Part shown: positions 15,126-30,335 of the stretch, piece by piece
How positions within the stretch are numbered: position 1 is the first letter of the stretch
Layout: each line of letters begins with the position of its first letter
DNA from: Felis catus
Taxonomy: Eukaryota
Length of the DNA stretch: 64,000 nucleotides
Reading direction: 5' to 3'
Assembly: GCF_018350175.1 (NCBI RefSeq)
Contig: NC_058373.1
Coordinates: forward strand, 115,012,001-115,076,000
The notes under the pieces: model-generated
What the model was told of the DNA's origin: nothing
Database searches by the model: none
Seen by the model: only the letters and a program-made list of their open reading frames with translations
Position numbers and translations under genes: made by a program

Positions 15126-15404
15126 TCTTCACAGCAGCCCCCAAGAGACATATACATGCATTCCTTATTTTATAGAGAAGCTTTGAAAGGGAGGCTCAGC
15201 AAGACTGGGAGCTTGCCTGAGACCATGGCTTGAAGGATGGGGATTGTTTAACTCCAGAGCCCCTGTTCTCTCCCTGCCTGTGAGTCATGTGATCACCTAC
15301 TGATCACATCCTTCCCTTCCCCAACCAAGTCCCTGGCACAATGCTTTACCCTCAGTGGGGAGGGGTCTCCAGAAGCGTCAGGAAGGCAAGAAGGAATTTG
15401 TCTT

Positions 15405-15779
15405 TATTGGGTTCCCATAACAAAATACCATAGATGGGGGTAAACAGTCTCTTAAACTGTTCAACTGTTCTGTTGAACTACAGAAATGTGTGTTCTCACT
15501 GTTCTGGAGGCTGGAGATCAAGGTGCCAGCACAGTCAGATTCTGGTAAGGACTCTCTTCCTGGCTTGCAGACGGCTGCATTCCCCCTACGTCCGCATGTG
15601 GCAGAGCGAATGCAAGCCCCCTCTTCTTACAAGGCCGCAGTCCTATTGTACTATGGCCCCACTCTTTGGGCCTCACTTAACCTTAATTACCTCCTGGAGA
15701 TCTCATCTCCAGATACAGTCACATTGTGGGTTAGGGTTTCAACATATGTGTTTCAAGGAACACAGTTCAGTCCATCACA
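15405..15779. mobile_element. MaLR solo LTR (MLT1A-like)
   Basis: cataacaaaataccataga...ttctggaggctggagatcaaggtg...cacagttcagtccatcaca. Confidence 0.8.
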
Positions 15780-17831
15780 GCATTTCAGAAGCCATTGAAA
15801 GGAGGGGAGGAGGGCCCCCGGAGGCAACCCTGTGCTGGTCTGTCTCACACTTCCCTAGGGCGATGCATATTCAGAGCATGGGAAGGCATCACTCAGCCCT
15901 GTCCTGGGCCCTCTGGGAATTGGCAGAATGATGAGCAGAACCTCATTTCGTCCTCAAAATAACAGACGAGATAGGTGTTCTCATCCCCATTCCATAGGTA
16001 AATAAACTGAGGCTCGGAGAGGTGAGCTCACCTGCCTAATGCCCCTCAGCCAAGAAATGGCAGGTCTGTCTGATGCCGAAGCCTATGCCCTTAACTACTT
16101 TGTGAAGTTCTTTGAAATAGGCAGGGGGCATCTCCCTTGGCCCATGGGTCACAGGGGGCATGGCCCTGTCCCCCGGGAACCCAGCATCTCCTCGGGACAA
16201 GAAGAACACCTGGGTATATTGGTGCTGGGTGCCAAGTGCACCGACCGGTCAGCAAGTTCAGGAAGAGCTCAGACAGCACTGTAGGCTGGACTGGTCACCA
16301 AGGAAGGGCTCAGCCAGATGAAAAGCGACAGGGAGGGCTTTCCAGGGACAACTGCAATGCAAAAAGTAGTGAGGTGGGGATGGTGAGTTTGGTATTGGCT
16401 CGGGACAGAGAAACTGAAGGGCAGAAGTGGTGGGAAAGCTGAGAGGATGGGCAGGGGTCAGGTGCTGGCCGGCCCAGACTGTCCCCGCAGCTCTGCAGAG
16501 GGTGCTATTTATGTGTCCTTTCTCCCTGGGGGGCAGAGAGACCTGGGGGAAGAGCTGGCGTGAGCAGAAGTCCGCAGCTCCCTCCGGTATCCGGCTGGGC
16601 CGAGAGGGTCGGTGCAAATAGAGAACAAGGGTTGGCTTGAGGCTCGCACCAAAGGACAAAGCTGAGCTTCTCTTTCCTGGGGGAGGTGAGGTGGCAGCTG
16701 TCCCGGGGACCCTCCCCCAGCAGCTGTGGCCTCAGGAAAGATCCCGGGGCTGATGGACTTCCGGAGATAAACTGGCTTTCTGTTACCTCCGGCAATTTTT
16801 CTGGCCCCTGACAAGAGGGGGCCTCCAACCAGTAGTGTGCCGGTAAATGGCTGACAACTGGCTCTCTCAGGGGTGGTGGGGAGCCCTGTTTGTATCATTT
16901 GATGACTTTCCTGGTGTAACTGCTCCCACTGTGACTGATATCAAGCTACCGACGCGATGTTACTGAATGCGGGGCAGGGGAGAGAGTCACCCTGCCGGCT
17001 CCTGTCAGCCCTTCTGAGTGGCTCTGGTGCCCACCCCTTCCCCTGATCCTGCCGTGATAACAGCAGTGTTCCCGGGGGCCCTGGGAGCACGGGGCCAGTC
17101 GCCGTGGTTGTCCCTGAGCCTCAGGGTTTTGAGACCCGGCTGGATCTTTTCCTGGAATTGTACTTGGTGTTTCATCCCGGTCAGCTCCGATTATCGGTCC
17201 TAGGAGAGCCTCCAGGCTGGGTCCAAGTGCTCCGCCCGTTGGCATCAGGCGGTCGCCTCCACAACAGTCAGAAAACACCAGGTCCCAGAAGTCCTAAGTT
17301 AGACGTGAGTCCCAGAAGGAGGCCATGAAGCACGCGGACAAAAGGGAGTGCTGGCGTCACATGGAGGCCGCAGGCCTGCCCTCACCAGCCTGTTCCGCAC
17401 GTTGGGTTCAATTGTCAGTTTCACGATTCCTTGTCAGAAGACCCATCCTGGAATTATGCACAATCTCTTAGTGAGGTGGGGGTGGGGGCGGCTTCTCGGC
17501 TCTGTTCTCCTAGGGCAGAGAGGCCGAAGGGCAGATATGGTGGGAAAGCTTTCTTCTCTCCCTTCTCCCCCTTCTCCTGGGGTGGACTGGAGGTGATGGC
17601 TCGGGGGATGAAGGTACCGGAGGGGAAGGACTACAGATGCCCTCCTGTGCCAAGGGTGGCGGTGCAGCGGGACGGAGGCAGTTTGGGCTTCCCAGTCCAG
17701 TTGCCCACCGGTGTGAGGGTCAGGCTGCCGATGGCGGTGGGTGACTGGCCAGCAGGGGCCTCTGCGCAGATGTGGAACACGAGCTGGTGAGGCTGAGCCT
17801 GAGCTGGTGAGCCCACGGGCTCTCCACGTGA

Positions 17832-18062
<231 letters not shown>

Positions 18063-18343
18063 TGAGGGAGGGTGTCCTGCAAGGGTGGAAGACAGTCTCT
18101 TCTCTTGCTGTGGTCTAGCAGAGAGTCTGAAGAATGAATCCTTCTTGGGACACAGGACTCCTGCCCCCTACGACTCTTGCTGGGCCCCGAGCCTGCCCCA
18201 GTCCTTCCTCTTCCTTCTAGGAGTCAGTTCTGGTCTGGCTCCCAGCCTGGGGCCCTTGGCAGGACCTGGCTTTGGCTGAGGGCTCCCAGAGGCCTTAAGT
18301 GATGTGGGCGGGGTGGGGGCTGCCTGTTCTCGTTCTTTCTCAG

Positions 18344-18433
18344 GGAGTCATCCCCCTGGGAGGCTGCCTGGTGGAGGCCAAGGAAGAGCCCAGCATGCCC
18401 TATGCCATGAAAATCTCCCACCAGGACTTCCAT
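18344..18433 (+). CDS. PLEKHD1: PLEKHD1 exon 3 (GVIPLGGCLVEAKEEPSMPYAMKISHQDFH)
   Basis: ttctttctcag acceptor; CAT|GTGAGT donor; 90 nt, phase 0/0. Confidence 0.95.
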
Positions 18434-18554
18434 GTGAGTAAAGATCTCCTCTCAGCCTGGACTGAGCAGGGCAGACCGGCTTCCCTGGGAACCTCCAGGC
18501 TCCCTGGGGGCAACCGCTCCGGTGGCCTGGCCTGGGAGGGTGTCAGGGTCATAG

Positions 18555-18752
<198 letters not shown>

Positions 18753-19434
18753 TAAGTACTCATAGGCGGGGGGGCATGTCCAGGAAGTGAATGGTTATGG
18801 GCTGGGCCCACCCTGATCACCTAGTGGGAACTGAGGACCCCAGAAAAGGGCAGGGTGAGGGAGAAAACTGTCCGGGCCGTCTCGGAAACAGGGCTGTGGG
18901 AGTTGGTTAGAGTGGGCAAGAAAGAACAGGCCAGGATGAGAGGTCTGCCAGGTGGGCTTGGAGCCCAGTGACCTTTGCTTGTCTGGAGTCACAGGTGGCA
19001 GACGTAGACCACTTGTCTCCGACTCTTGGGAGCAAATCCAGCACCGCTAGGAGGGTTTGGCTGCCTCCTGACACCCATCTCACCTCCCCAGGTCCACAGT
19101 GAATCCTAGCATAGATTGGAGCGGGTGCTTTGTAAAGAGTCCAGATCATAGAAACCTCCAGCCCAACACGGTCCATTTACATGTGAACCCCTGTCCCGGC
19201 ACCTGCTGGATCATGCTTTTAGCTCAACAAATAACACTGCGCATGCCCCATGCGAGGCCTGGTGCCAGGTAGTGGCCCGTGGTGGTAGAGAAAGCAGTCT
19301 GGGAAGCAATCTCTTCCCTGCTCCGAAGCTGCTGGCCCAGTCCTCGGTGGCCCACTTTGCAGCCTGGGCTGGCCTCTGGGGACTGTAACTGATTGATGCT
19401 GGTGGCATGGCCAGAGCCACGGGAGCCAAAGTGA

Positions 19435-19683
<249 letters not shown>

Positions 19684-20619
19684 TGAGGCTCCCTAGGTAG
19701 CACTTCAGGGCCGGGGTTATAGCCGGGGCTCGGTGGAGGACGGAGGAGGGGAGCTGGGGCAGGGCTTAGCAGGCTACCAGGAGCCATAGGTAGAGGCTTG
19801 TATGGTGTAACCTGTGTCCTCTTGGCCAGTGTGGCAGGAGGACCTCTGGGCCAGCTTTGTCACTTGTCTATCAGCTGCGTGTCTCCAGACAAGGTAGCCT
19901 CTGTAAGCCTTAATTTCCTCATCCTGAAAAGGGTCACGAGAATAGTCCCTAGGTTTGGGAGGTGGGACCTGGGGATCAGGGGAAATGAGAACGTGCCGGT
20001 AAGCATTTGTTTCAGGCACACAGTAAGGGTCCCATGAATGGAGTTGGTGTTATCCTGCCCTGGGTTCCCGGGTCCTGAATTTGCCCCAAACTTCCACCCC
20101 CTTGGCCCACTTTCAACCTGACCCTGTGCCCCTGACTGGCTGACAAGTATGCTCTGTTTGGGAAAGAAGAAGGTGAGACTGGGGCTTTGATCCTTTGCCT
20201 AGGATCTTCTCCCCTGCTACCTCCTTAGACACCCAGGGCCTCGGTGCTGGGTCCCCTCTGCCTGCTTCATAACCCCCCTATAGCCCCAGAACCTGCGCCC
20301 CCCCCACCTGCCAGACACTAGTGCAGGGGAGCAGCACAATTAACAGCACTTCTAGGGGTGCAGACACCCCCCCCCCCCGAGCTTCTGAAGATGAAGCCGC
20401 CCCTGTGCGGGGACGGGGACCAGAGAGGAAGGTAGTGGCTGCGGCCAGCATGTCAGCTTCTATCCCCAGGAGCTGGCTCTGCCCGCTGGCTGGCCTGGAC
20501 ATGACAAACCGTTTCCCTGGGAGATCCTGGAAGTGAAGGAGGTTACTGGAAGGCCCTGGCCCCCTCCAGGCCGGAGCCGGACTGAGCTTTCCGTGAGAGC
20601 GTGCGCACTTGCTTTGCAG

Positions 20620-20672
20620 ACAAACTGATGGAGGAGACCGAAGAGCTCTGCCTTCAGAGGGAGCAGAGAGAG
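20620..20672 (+). CDS. PLEKHD1: PLEKHD1 exon 6 (DKLMEETEELCLQREQRE)
   Basis: cttgctttgcag acceptor; GAG|GTAGGC donor; 53 nt. Confidence 0.93.
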
Positions 20673-21385
20673 GTAGGCACACGGAGGCCGAGGCCGCTCC
20701 GAATTGCTGCCCCTCCCCCGCGGCCCCTGCTCCGGGGACCCCTTAACAGCCAAGGTGTACTGGCTTGTGTTCCTGGCATTAGGGACGCATGTAGGGGAGC
20801 AAGGCACCCAGAGAACTCTCCAGGAAGTCAGACGGGCAGAGCAGGGGCACCATGAGGTGACCGTGCTTGGGACTTGCTGTGGCTTCTTGTCAGAGAGCAT
20901 TTGTTCTTGCCAGTCGCCAGAGACAAAAGTAAAAAGGGTAGGTGACCACGTTGTTGAGAAAGCCATCCCAAAATTGTATAAGCTGTATCAGTAGGTAGTG
21001 AGCTGCCGATCACCGGTGATCTTCACAGGAGGCTGGGGTGGCCTCCATAGAGGGACTTCTGCACCACGAGGGTGATTGGATTGGATGAACTCAGGGGTTC
21101 CTTCTTCCTCTAAATGACACAACGTAAGTTCCAAAAAAGCCAAGCATTAGCTGGAGGCAGCCTACACTGGGGAGCCGCTGAAGTCCACTCTATCTGGAAT
21201 CTCCGAGCGGCATTGGGCCTTGCCTGTTTCTGAAGTGTCATCAGCACTCCTGAAAGGGCACAGTAAGGTAGGGGATAGCACGGCAGACTTGGAGCCAGGC
21301 CGCCTATGTTTGTATTTGACCTTCAACGCTTCTAGCTGTGTGACCTTGGACAAGTTACCTAACCTCTCTGGACATCAATAGTCTT

Positions 21386-21600
21386 TCTTTTTTTTTTAAG
21401 TTTATTTATTTATTTATTTTGAGAGAGACAGAACAAGAGCAGGGGCAGGGCGGAGAAAGAGGGAGAAAGAGAATCCCAAGCAGGCTCCACGCTGTCGGCA
21501 CAGAACCCAACGCAGGGCTTGAACTCATGAACTGTGAGATCGTGACCTGAGCCAAAACCAAGAGTTGGCTGCTTAACCGACTGAGCCACCCAAGCACCCC
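21386..21600 (-). mobile_element. Carnivore SINE, antisense, intron 6, inside a MIR
   Basis: Ends gccacccaagcacccc; imperfect TSD acatcaata(g/t)tctt. Confidence 0.9.
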
Positions 21601-24284
21601 TGAACATCAATATTCTTACATGAAAAGTGGAGACAATGGAACCCGTCTTACTAAGATGTGAAGATTAAGTGAGATGTTATATATAAAGCGCTTGGCACAT
21701 AGTATGTGCTCAGTGAGTATCTGTGTTTGTTAGCGTCATAATCATGTTATTACTCATTATGGGCCCATTCTGCGTGTCAACTACCCGAGGCCTGAAGCTG
21801 CAAAGTGCCTTTCCCATAGGAGAGCCTGACTCAGCCCACTTCTCTTCGCCCAGTCAGTTTTTTCTTGTGCCCGTAGGGCTGGGCCCATCTGCCTGGGCTC
21901 AGTGCCTCCCTCTGTGACTTTTCTCTTGCGAACCACCTTTCCCAACCACCCTTCACTGGGCTCTGAGACAGGCCCTACTGTCAAGAAGCATCCTGTCCCT
22001 GCAGCACCCCAAATATCCCCAGGGCCCAGAACTGCACCTGGCCCAGGATGAGTGCTTGATCAATGTTTGTGGAATGATTCACCGAGCGAACATTTTTGAT
22101 TCTTGTCATTTCACATTACATCTTGATTTGAATCTAGTAGGACGATCCGGCCTCATTTTCCTTCTTCAGACTTTTACCAGATCTTCTTGCCCGTGTATTC
22201 TCCCAGCTGGACTTCAGACTCATTTCGTCATTTGACGCCAACAGGAAAAAACCAAACCCAAACAAACAAGAAACACACCCCCAAAGCCATGGAGGCTTTG
22301 CGTTAGGATTCCATGGATTTGAGGCTTGGCGTGGTGACGGCACTGAGCCTTCTCCCAGCCGTGCCGTCTGGGCGTCCGTGCCTCCACGTTCTCATCTGGG
22401 TCCTGCATTAGAGTCTTGGCATTTTCTTCACACGGTTCTGCCATTTTGACAAGGGAGCCTTCTGGTGGCTTGTCAGCAACCTAAAGACAGGTAATTGAGG
22501 AAGCCAGGGGGTGGGATGGAGTGACAGACACAGCCACCGGCAGGGAGAGAGACAGACTTATCCATCAGAGAGGCTAAATCTGGGGCAGCAGTCAGCCGGA
22601 GGAAAATTTAGACACTCTATCTAGGTCTTTAGCCAGGAAATGAGGCCAGTGGAGACCCACCGCACGCAGGCCTCACTTAAAGCCGTAGCACGTTGAAGGA
22701 GCGAGGCCTGTCAGCTGTGAGCTCCCTGGTCTGGTGCTACAAGATCTGAGCGAGACTCACTCGGGCCCAGCTGATCCCCCGTGAAGGCTGCTGTGAGCGG
22801 GCGGAAAGGGAGAGGGCCGTGCCTAGGTCCGTATTCCCGGGTCAGCTGCACGCTGCAGATCAGGAACAGAAATCACTGCTTCCCTGACTTGCTCATCCAT
22901 ATGATGGGTCTTCTTGTCCCCTGCATCTTTCCCATCTCCACTGCGAGGCTCAGAGGTTGTCTGGGTGCGCGTTGGGCCGCTTAGAAAGGCCTCGGGTACA
23001 ACAGCCCAGTGATAAGATGAAGATTCTCTGATCTTTAAGAGGCAGTCTGGCCTAAAGAAAGACTCAGGGTCTGGACCCCGGAGACTCATATTGGAGTCTC
23101 AGCTCCATCACTGACTGTGTGGCCTTGGGTAAGTTAACCTCTCTGAGCCTCAGTTGCTCTATCTGTGATGCTCTGATAAGAGTTGATGGCTGTGGCTGCC
23201 TAGTTCCTGGGTCACTGTGAGGCTCAATGAAATCAAAGGCAGCAGAGTGCTTTGTGGACGGGCAGGGCCCATGCAGATGTGCGCTGTGTGGTGATGCGGC
23301 CCCGACCTCCTCCATGTGGAAGGGAGGACCTGGGACTCTGGAGGCATGAGCAGAGAGCACGGGGTGAGCCAGCCTGGGCTCATCTGCCCCGGGGCCAGAA
23401 GGCCATGCCCTTCCTTGAGCCCTTCCTCAAGTGTCCCTGGCTCCTTGTGACCTCATCTCTCATCCCTGGAGGAGGGCAGCCCGACTACCTTTCCTTCTCT
23501 CGCTGAACTCAGAGAGCTCAGCCTTGTATGTGGGTAGGCACCTAGGAAATTGAAATGCCCAGGGCCCATTAGGCAGGCATCTTGCCCCCCAGGCTGCTCC
23601 CAGTCAGAACATAGACCCTTGGTGTTGGGAAGAACCTGTCACTTCAAGGGGAGGCTCTTTGCTCACCTCCCTGATGGATGTTACCTTGCTTCTGTGATGG
23701 GCAACTCACGACCTCTGGCGGGATTCTTCGCCTTGTTGCTCTGTGGCTCGAAGACTCTTCCTTTCATTGAGCAGGAATCTGCCTCCTAGTGACTTCTTCC
23801 CAACCCCGTACTCCTGCAACTTAAGTCAGGCCCAGGAGTCAGAAGAACAAGCAGTAGATGGTGGAAGAGGCTTTGGCTGCAGCGGGTCCTGGCTGACCTC
23901 AACCTATGACAAGGTTGCCGCAAACTCTCATACCGTCTTGGCCGAAGGAACAGAAGGTTCTGGCCGCTTCAGGTTTTCAGGTCCAGCTATCATCAGTCTT
24001 CTAAGGCTCCACCTGGACATCAGTGTTAGCTAAGAGTCACACAGGGAAATCGAAAGGTAGAAAAGAAGTGAGCGACTGGAAAGAAGGTTCTCTTTCTTTG
24101 TCCTCATCCATGTGTAGCTTTTTTTATTATTGTTAATGGTAGAAATCATGCTCTTTGCAGAACACCTGGAAAACAAACTTTATTCTTAATCCCACAATTG
24201 ACACAACTGCTGCCAACATTTTGGTGTTTTTCTTCAGTCTTTAGAGAAATATATAGATATTTCTCTATATATATTCTTATATAT

Positions 24285-24520
24285 ATTTTTATTTTTGTGT
24301 TTGTTTATTTTTGAGAGAGAGAGAGAGAGACAGAAACAGAGCACAAGCAGGGGAGGGGCAGAGGGAGAGAGACAGACAGACAGACAGACAGAATCCGAAG
24401 CAGGCTCCAGGCTCTGAGCTGTCAGCACAGAGCCCGATGCGGGGCTTGAACTCACAAACTGCAAGATCATGACCTGAGCCAAAGTCGGCCGCTTAACCGA
24501 CTGAGCCACCCAGGCGCCCC
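24285..24520 (-). mobile_element. Carnivore SINE, antisense, intron 6
   Basis: Ends gccacccaggcgcccc; (GA)n and T tail. Confidence 0.9.
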
Positions 24521-24744
24521 TATATTTTAAACAAAATAGGATCACAGCAGATACTCCATTTTATGGCCTGCTTTTTCATTATACCTTCATTAACATTTGT
24601 ACCTTCAGCAATTTTTCATGTCATTCAACATTCTTTGAAAACATCAGTTTTGATGACCACGTACTGATACATCCTACGTGATGTTTCATTTAACTCACCT
24701 TCTGTTTTTGGACATCTAGGCTGTTTTCTTTTCTTCTTATTATT

Positions 24745-24953
24745 ATTATTTTATTTGTATAAGTTTATTTCTTTATTTTCAGAGAGAGAAAGCACAAGTG
24801 GGGAGGTACAGAGAGAGAGGGAGAGAGAGAGAATCCCAAGCAGACTCTGCATTGTCAACATAGAGCCCGATGTGGGGCTCAAACCCACAAACCGTGATAT
24901 CATGACCTCAGCTGAAGTCAGATACTCTACTGACTGAGCCAGCCAGGCGCCCC
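24745..24953 (-). mobile_element. Carnivore SINE, antisense, inside an old L1
   Basis: Ends gccagccaggcgcccc; TSD ctaggctgt. Confidence 0.88.
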
Positions 24954-25699
24954 TAGGCTGTCTTCACTATTATAAATTATGCCACAGTGAGCACCTCTGC
25001 ACACATGAATCGTGGCCTACTATCTAATTGTTTAGGAGAGGTTCCTTCCTATGGGCAAAATCACGGAGTCTGGGCAAGAACTTTTAAGACTCCTGATGCA
25101 TATTGACAAATTTCTTTCCAGAAATTTTGTACCAGTTTTCACTCTCAGCCACAGTGCGTGGACATTTCCATCTCGCTCTACCGCACTGCCCGTGTTTGAG
25201 TCCCTCCATCACCGACTAGCTACAGCGTGGGGAAGAGGGATGAAGACATGTGTAACTTTGAGCAAGTTCCTTGACCCTTATGTACCTCTGCTTTTCTCAT
25301 CTATAAAATGAGGACAAAAATATTACCCACTTTCAGAGCTGTTGTAAGGATTACATGAATTAATACATGTAAAGTACTTAGAACAGGAAACTCACAGCGA
25401 GTGCTATCATTGTCATTATCATCATATACCAAATCTGTTTCAGAATTCTCTTTTCCATTCCTTTGAATTGCTGTCTATTCTTGAATAGATACTACACAGC
25501 TTCAATTTATAATACTATCCATCGTTTATTAAGCACTTACTATGCGGCAGACAGTTTGTGTGGATTAGCCCAGGTTACCCTCCCATGAACCCTACAAGGT
25601 GGTATTGCCCATCCCAGAGAGTACCCCCCCATACCCCTTCTTCTTCCTGCATTGGATCCAAAGGCCATCTAGACCACACCCCCAGTTTCGTTTACTATG

Positions 25700-26760
25700 T
25701 ACGTGCAAATGTCTCCCCCTTGACAGGTGCAGTCCCTTCTCTCTGCTGAGCTCCAGCCCCTTCTATCCAACCGTTGGCTTCACATCTCCAGCCAATGTCT
25801 CAAAGGTACTGCAAACTTAACACGTCCAAGGCCACTTATGATCTTCCCCAGCAGAGCCGATGGTCTAGCGCTCCCTATCCCAGGGAATTCACCTCCTCCC
25901 ATTGTTTGTGCAGATTGGAAACCTGAGAGTTGTGCCTCATCCTGTCCTCCCCGTCTCACCCTTTCCCACTCCACTCCCAAGTTCTGCTAGCTACCCCCAA
26001 ATCTCTAGAAGCTGTCTGGCCGCTTCTCTCCATCTCACCGCCTCACTCAAGTTCACACTACTGTTAGGTCTTGCTGAACTAATGCAGTGGCTTCCCCCCA
26101 CCCCCCGCCGGGTTCCCTGTATCCCTCCTGGCCCCTTTTCATCCTTTTTCTCCTCGCTGCAGCTGGAGTCATTGTTTAAAATGGAAATCAGATTGCGGAT
26201 TGCGTTGCCGTCTTCTTCCCCTACTTTCTGCTCAAAACCTTCATTGTTTGTTCTGACTCAGGAAAACCACAAAATCCTCAGCATAGCCCAAGGCGCTGTG
26301 TGGTCAAGCTTCCCTCCTGCTGTTCACCCTCACTGTGGGCCCAGCGGTGTGGGAATGTCTTGGTTCTTTCAAGTTCTGCAGGTTTCTGAAGGGCCTTTGC
26401 ACATACTGATCCTTGTTCCTGGAATGCTGTTTCCTCTTCCTGCTATTTATGCACCTTCACATGTTGGCTCAAATATCTGCTCCCCACCCCCCCCCCCCAC
26501 CAATCATTCCCTACTTCTTGTCCAAGACACCTTTACAAAGAACCGTGTTCCCATCCTGCACTTCACATACCTTGGTTTGTAATGATACTCTCGTGTGTGA
26601 TTATTTTATTAGTTTTTGATTCTTGCACTGAGCTGTAAGCTCCATGAGAACTGAGACGTGTCTGGGTTTGCTCATTCTCACATCCTCAATGCAGAGCCTG
26701 GCAGGTCCTTGGTGCCTATTAAACACTCAATAACTCTGTGTGGCATGCGTGAATGAATGA
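25700..26760 (+). mobile_element. Degraded L2 element
   Basis: L2-like text ending ctgtaagctccatgag...gaatgaatgaa. Confidence 0.6.
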
Positions 26761-28267
26761 AACTATTTTTTAAAAATCCCATTGGGGTTTTTATTGGGAT
26801 CACATGAGGCTGTAAATTAATTGGGAAGAACCTCCACTGTATTTAGTCTTCCCAATCATTCAGGAGCCTGCATTCTTTTCAAAAGCATAATTGCTTTTAT
26901 TGGGAACTTAGAAATAATGCAGTGAAGCATGATGAACAGGGATTATTTGGCTTGGAGGAGAGGAGACTTGGGGACAGAAAACTGTCCCCAACACACGAAG
27001 GGAAAAAGGATCAGTCTTGTTCTGTGGCTCCAAGGGCAGAAGGTCAGCCCACTGACGGAAGTTATAAGGAGGCAGGTTTGGGCTCAGATGGAACAGGTGG
27101 ATGAAACGGGCCGACCCCTCCCCTAGGTGGGACACTCAGGGTGTCCAGAAGTTGGCTGTGTCCTTGGCTTTGCCGGTCGTCTGTTTTGCTAAGAGCTGTT
27201 CACTGGCTCTTACTTTGCTGGCTAGGGGTATTCAGTCTTCGTGGCTGAGGAGAAGAGCTTAAGGGGACACTATGACCAAGGACAGCAAGTTCCAGGCAGG
27301 AAGGCAGCTGCCGAAGGGAGAGTCTGTGCAAAGGACGGAGGTGGCTACAGGGGTTTTGAAGGGAAGTTTTGCTCCATAAATGAGATTCAGCCCTCTCATC
27401 TGAGCCCCACAAAACTTTCGGCAAAATCTGCGGTCCTTCATCCATGTTTTGGTCTTTGTAGCTTTCAGAGAGGGCTCATCTGAGGTCGGACCCGGAAGGA
27501 AGAGTTTTGGTCAGGTTGTTCTGGAATGAAATGGGCTGTCTTAAGAGAGGGTGAATTCCCCGTCATGACAGCCATTCAGGCAGAGCCCAGGCCATCTCTT
27601 GGCAGGAAAACTGATCCCAGGATTCAAGTGTCTGATGAAGACTGAAGTGCTTTCAGGCCCCTTTGACCATAGATGGCTCTGATTCATGGATGTCTGTTCT
27701 CTCATTGCCACACAGCATATGTGTTGCCCAGACACATGCAGTTATTGACTTAGGTGGGAAAAGCATTTCATCACACATACCTGGGCCCCACATGGGGAGG
27801 AAGGAGAGGAAAAGCCAATTGATTGTTTTGTCATGTTATTTTTAGGAGCGTCAGTTTCGTTATCTGGTTCTTGGAGGCATAGCAAGGGCCTGCTGGCACC
27901 TGAGGTGCTGGGAATAATATCCTCCCACAGTGTGTAATGTGGAGGAGCAAAGCAGGTGTCACAAAAATGCTGCCAGCTAAGCTTCGCCTGAAGGGTGCCC
28001 TGCAACCCCAGCTGCCATTGCAGCCCAGGAAAACGGGACCCTCGGAGGGCACATACCTGTGCTTACCAGCCCTCCTGACAAGACTAGTCTGGCCCTGGGG
28101 CCCCGCCCTGGACTTTCTGGCTCTCCTGTTCCCTTAGGGCTGAGTATAAGGGAAGCTGCAGGCACCTAGGCTGGCTGCTTCCTAGAGCCTTGAGAATAAA
28201 GTTTTCTGATTATTTGGGTCGGGACTGGCTTTTCTTTGCCACCTTGGACAGATGTCACTCTAGGGAT

Positions 28268-28494
28268 CTTTTTGTTTTTTAATATTTTTTTAACGTTTAT
28301 TTTTGAGACAGAGAGAGACAGAGCATGAACGGGGGAGGGTCAGAGAGAGAGGAAGACACAGAATCTGAAACAGGCTCCAGGCTCCGAGCTGTCAGCACAG
28401 AGCCTGATGCGGGGCTCGAACTCACGGACCGTGAGATCATGACCCGGGCCGAAGTCAGACGCTTGCTTAACCGACTGAGCCACCCAGGCGCCCC
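28268..28494 (-). mobile_element. Feline SINE, antisense, intron 6
   Basis: Full SINE body in reverse. Confidence 0.92.
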
Positions 28495-28718
28495 ATGGGA
28501 ATCTTTAATGGAAATACACACCCACCACATTTTCCTCCAGGGCTTGAGAGCCAGCCAGCCTACCTGAGGGGGTTAGTGACTGGAGTTGCCCAGCAGAGTA
28601 GACACCTAGAATTACCATCACCTCCAGGCACAGGCCACGGTGTTGAGCATGCTCAGTGTGTTTGAGAAGGCCACGCCCATCGCAGACTGGGGATTTGTTG
28701 AGACTGTGTGTCGACTAG

Positions 28719-29012
<294 letters not shown>

Positions 29013-29384
29013 TAGGACCCACATTTCCCATCGGGCCTGGAGAGGTCTCGCCCAGGAGAGTCTCGTTACTTGATGGCTTGGTTTGGGTCTATCTTCCCAG
29101 TGCTCCAGGCCTCAGGGCAGCCCAGAAGGAGCCGTAGACCCCACACGAACTGGAGGTAAGGCACCAGCAGGTGCCGACAGGCGTCCCCCCCAAGCAACAA
29201 GCCCCTCTTGCCTCTGTCAAGCCTTCCTTACCCAGAGGCAGAGGGGAACAAGCCGGCCTGGAGGTGCTGTTAGCCAAGACCCCCCAGCGTCGCCTGCACA
29301 GTCCCGTCACGTTCTGGCTAACGATGTCCCTCGGGATCTTTAGTCCTGTGTATGCTTTGCAAACCAGTTGCACATTATAATCAT

Positions 29385-29492
29385 ACACCAGGATTAGAAT
29401 CTCTGGAAAGTAGGGCCCAGAGATCTATATTTTACAAAAGCTCTTCGGGTCATTCTGATTCAGCCGATCCAGGAATTTGGAGACCAGTGCTC
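29385..29492. mobile_element. hAT-Charlie MITE remnant (MER5-like)
   Basis: agaatctctgg...gggcccagagatctatattttacaaaagctc...tttggagaccagtg. Confidence 0.5.
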
Positions 29493-30110
29493 TGGGTGCT
29501 GTTGATGGCGGTGGTTGTCCTCGTTGTCGGCATCCTCCTCCTCATCACTACTGATAATCAGTGTTAGCCCACAAAGGTTTTTCTTGCAGCAGCCTTATAA
29601 AAGGAAGTCAATTAGACAAGCACTTTGGGGAGGGAGAAATACTGAGGATCTTACCAAGTAAATAGCCGAGCACCTGCTTATCTCCAGAATTGTGCCAGAT
29701 ACTGGAATAGAGGATAAGTCCCCTTGTCTTACCATGAAGGATCTTACACTCTTGTTGGGAAAATAAGACTAACACCCAGGAAACATCCACACGATAATAT
29801 ATAGTCAGGTACTAGGGACCACAGTGCAGACTCCCTGTGTCCTAGGAATTAAGGTATACATGTGATCCTTGTGGGCATGAAGAGGGGTTCAACTGAGTGG
29901 GGCCTTGAAGGGTGGGTAGGATTAGGAAATTGGGCAGGAGAAAAGGGAAAGGCATTTCAAGCAGGAGGAAGGGAAACCAGGGGTAAAGGCTTGAGGTGGC
30001 CCAGGCTGGTTAAGAAAGCAGCAAAGGGGTTGTCACCGCAGAGAAGGGCCTCAGCCATGCAGAGAGGGGCTGGCCTTCCAAGGCCCCCTCTGAGCCATGT
30101 CGGGAGGTGA

Positions 30111-30335
<225 letters not shown>

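Noticed and set aside
25902..26582. 226-aa ORF in intron 6
   Set aside because: Non-ATG start, lies within a degraded L2, and has no recognisable domain.
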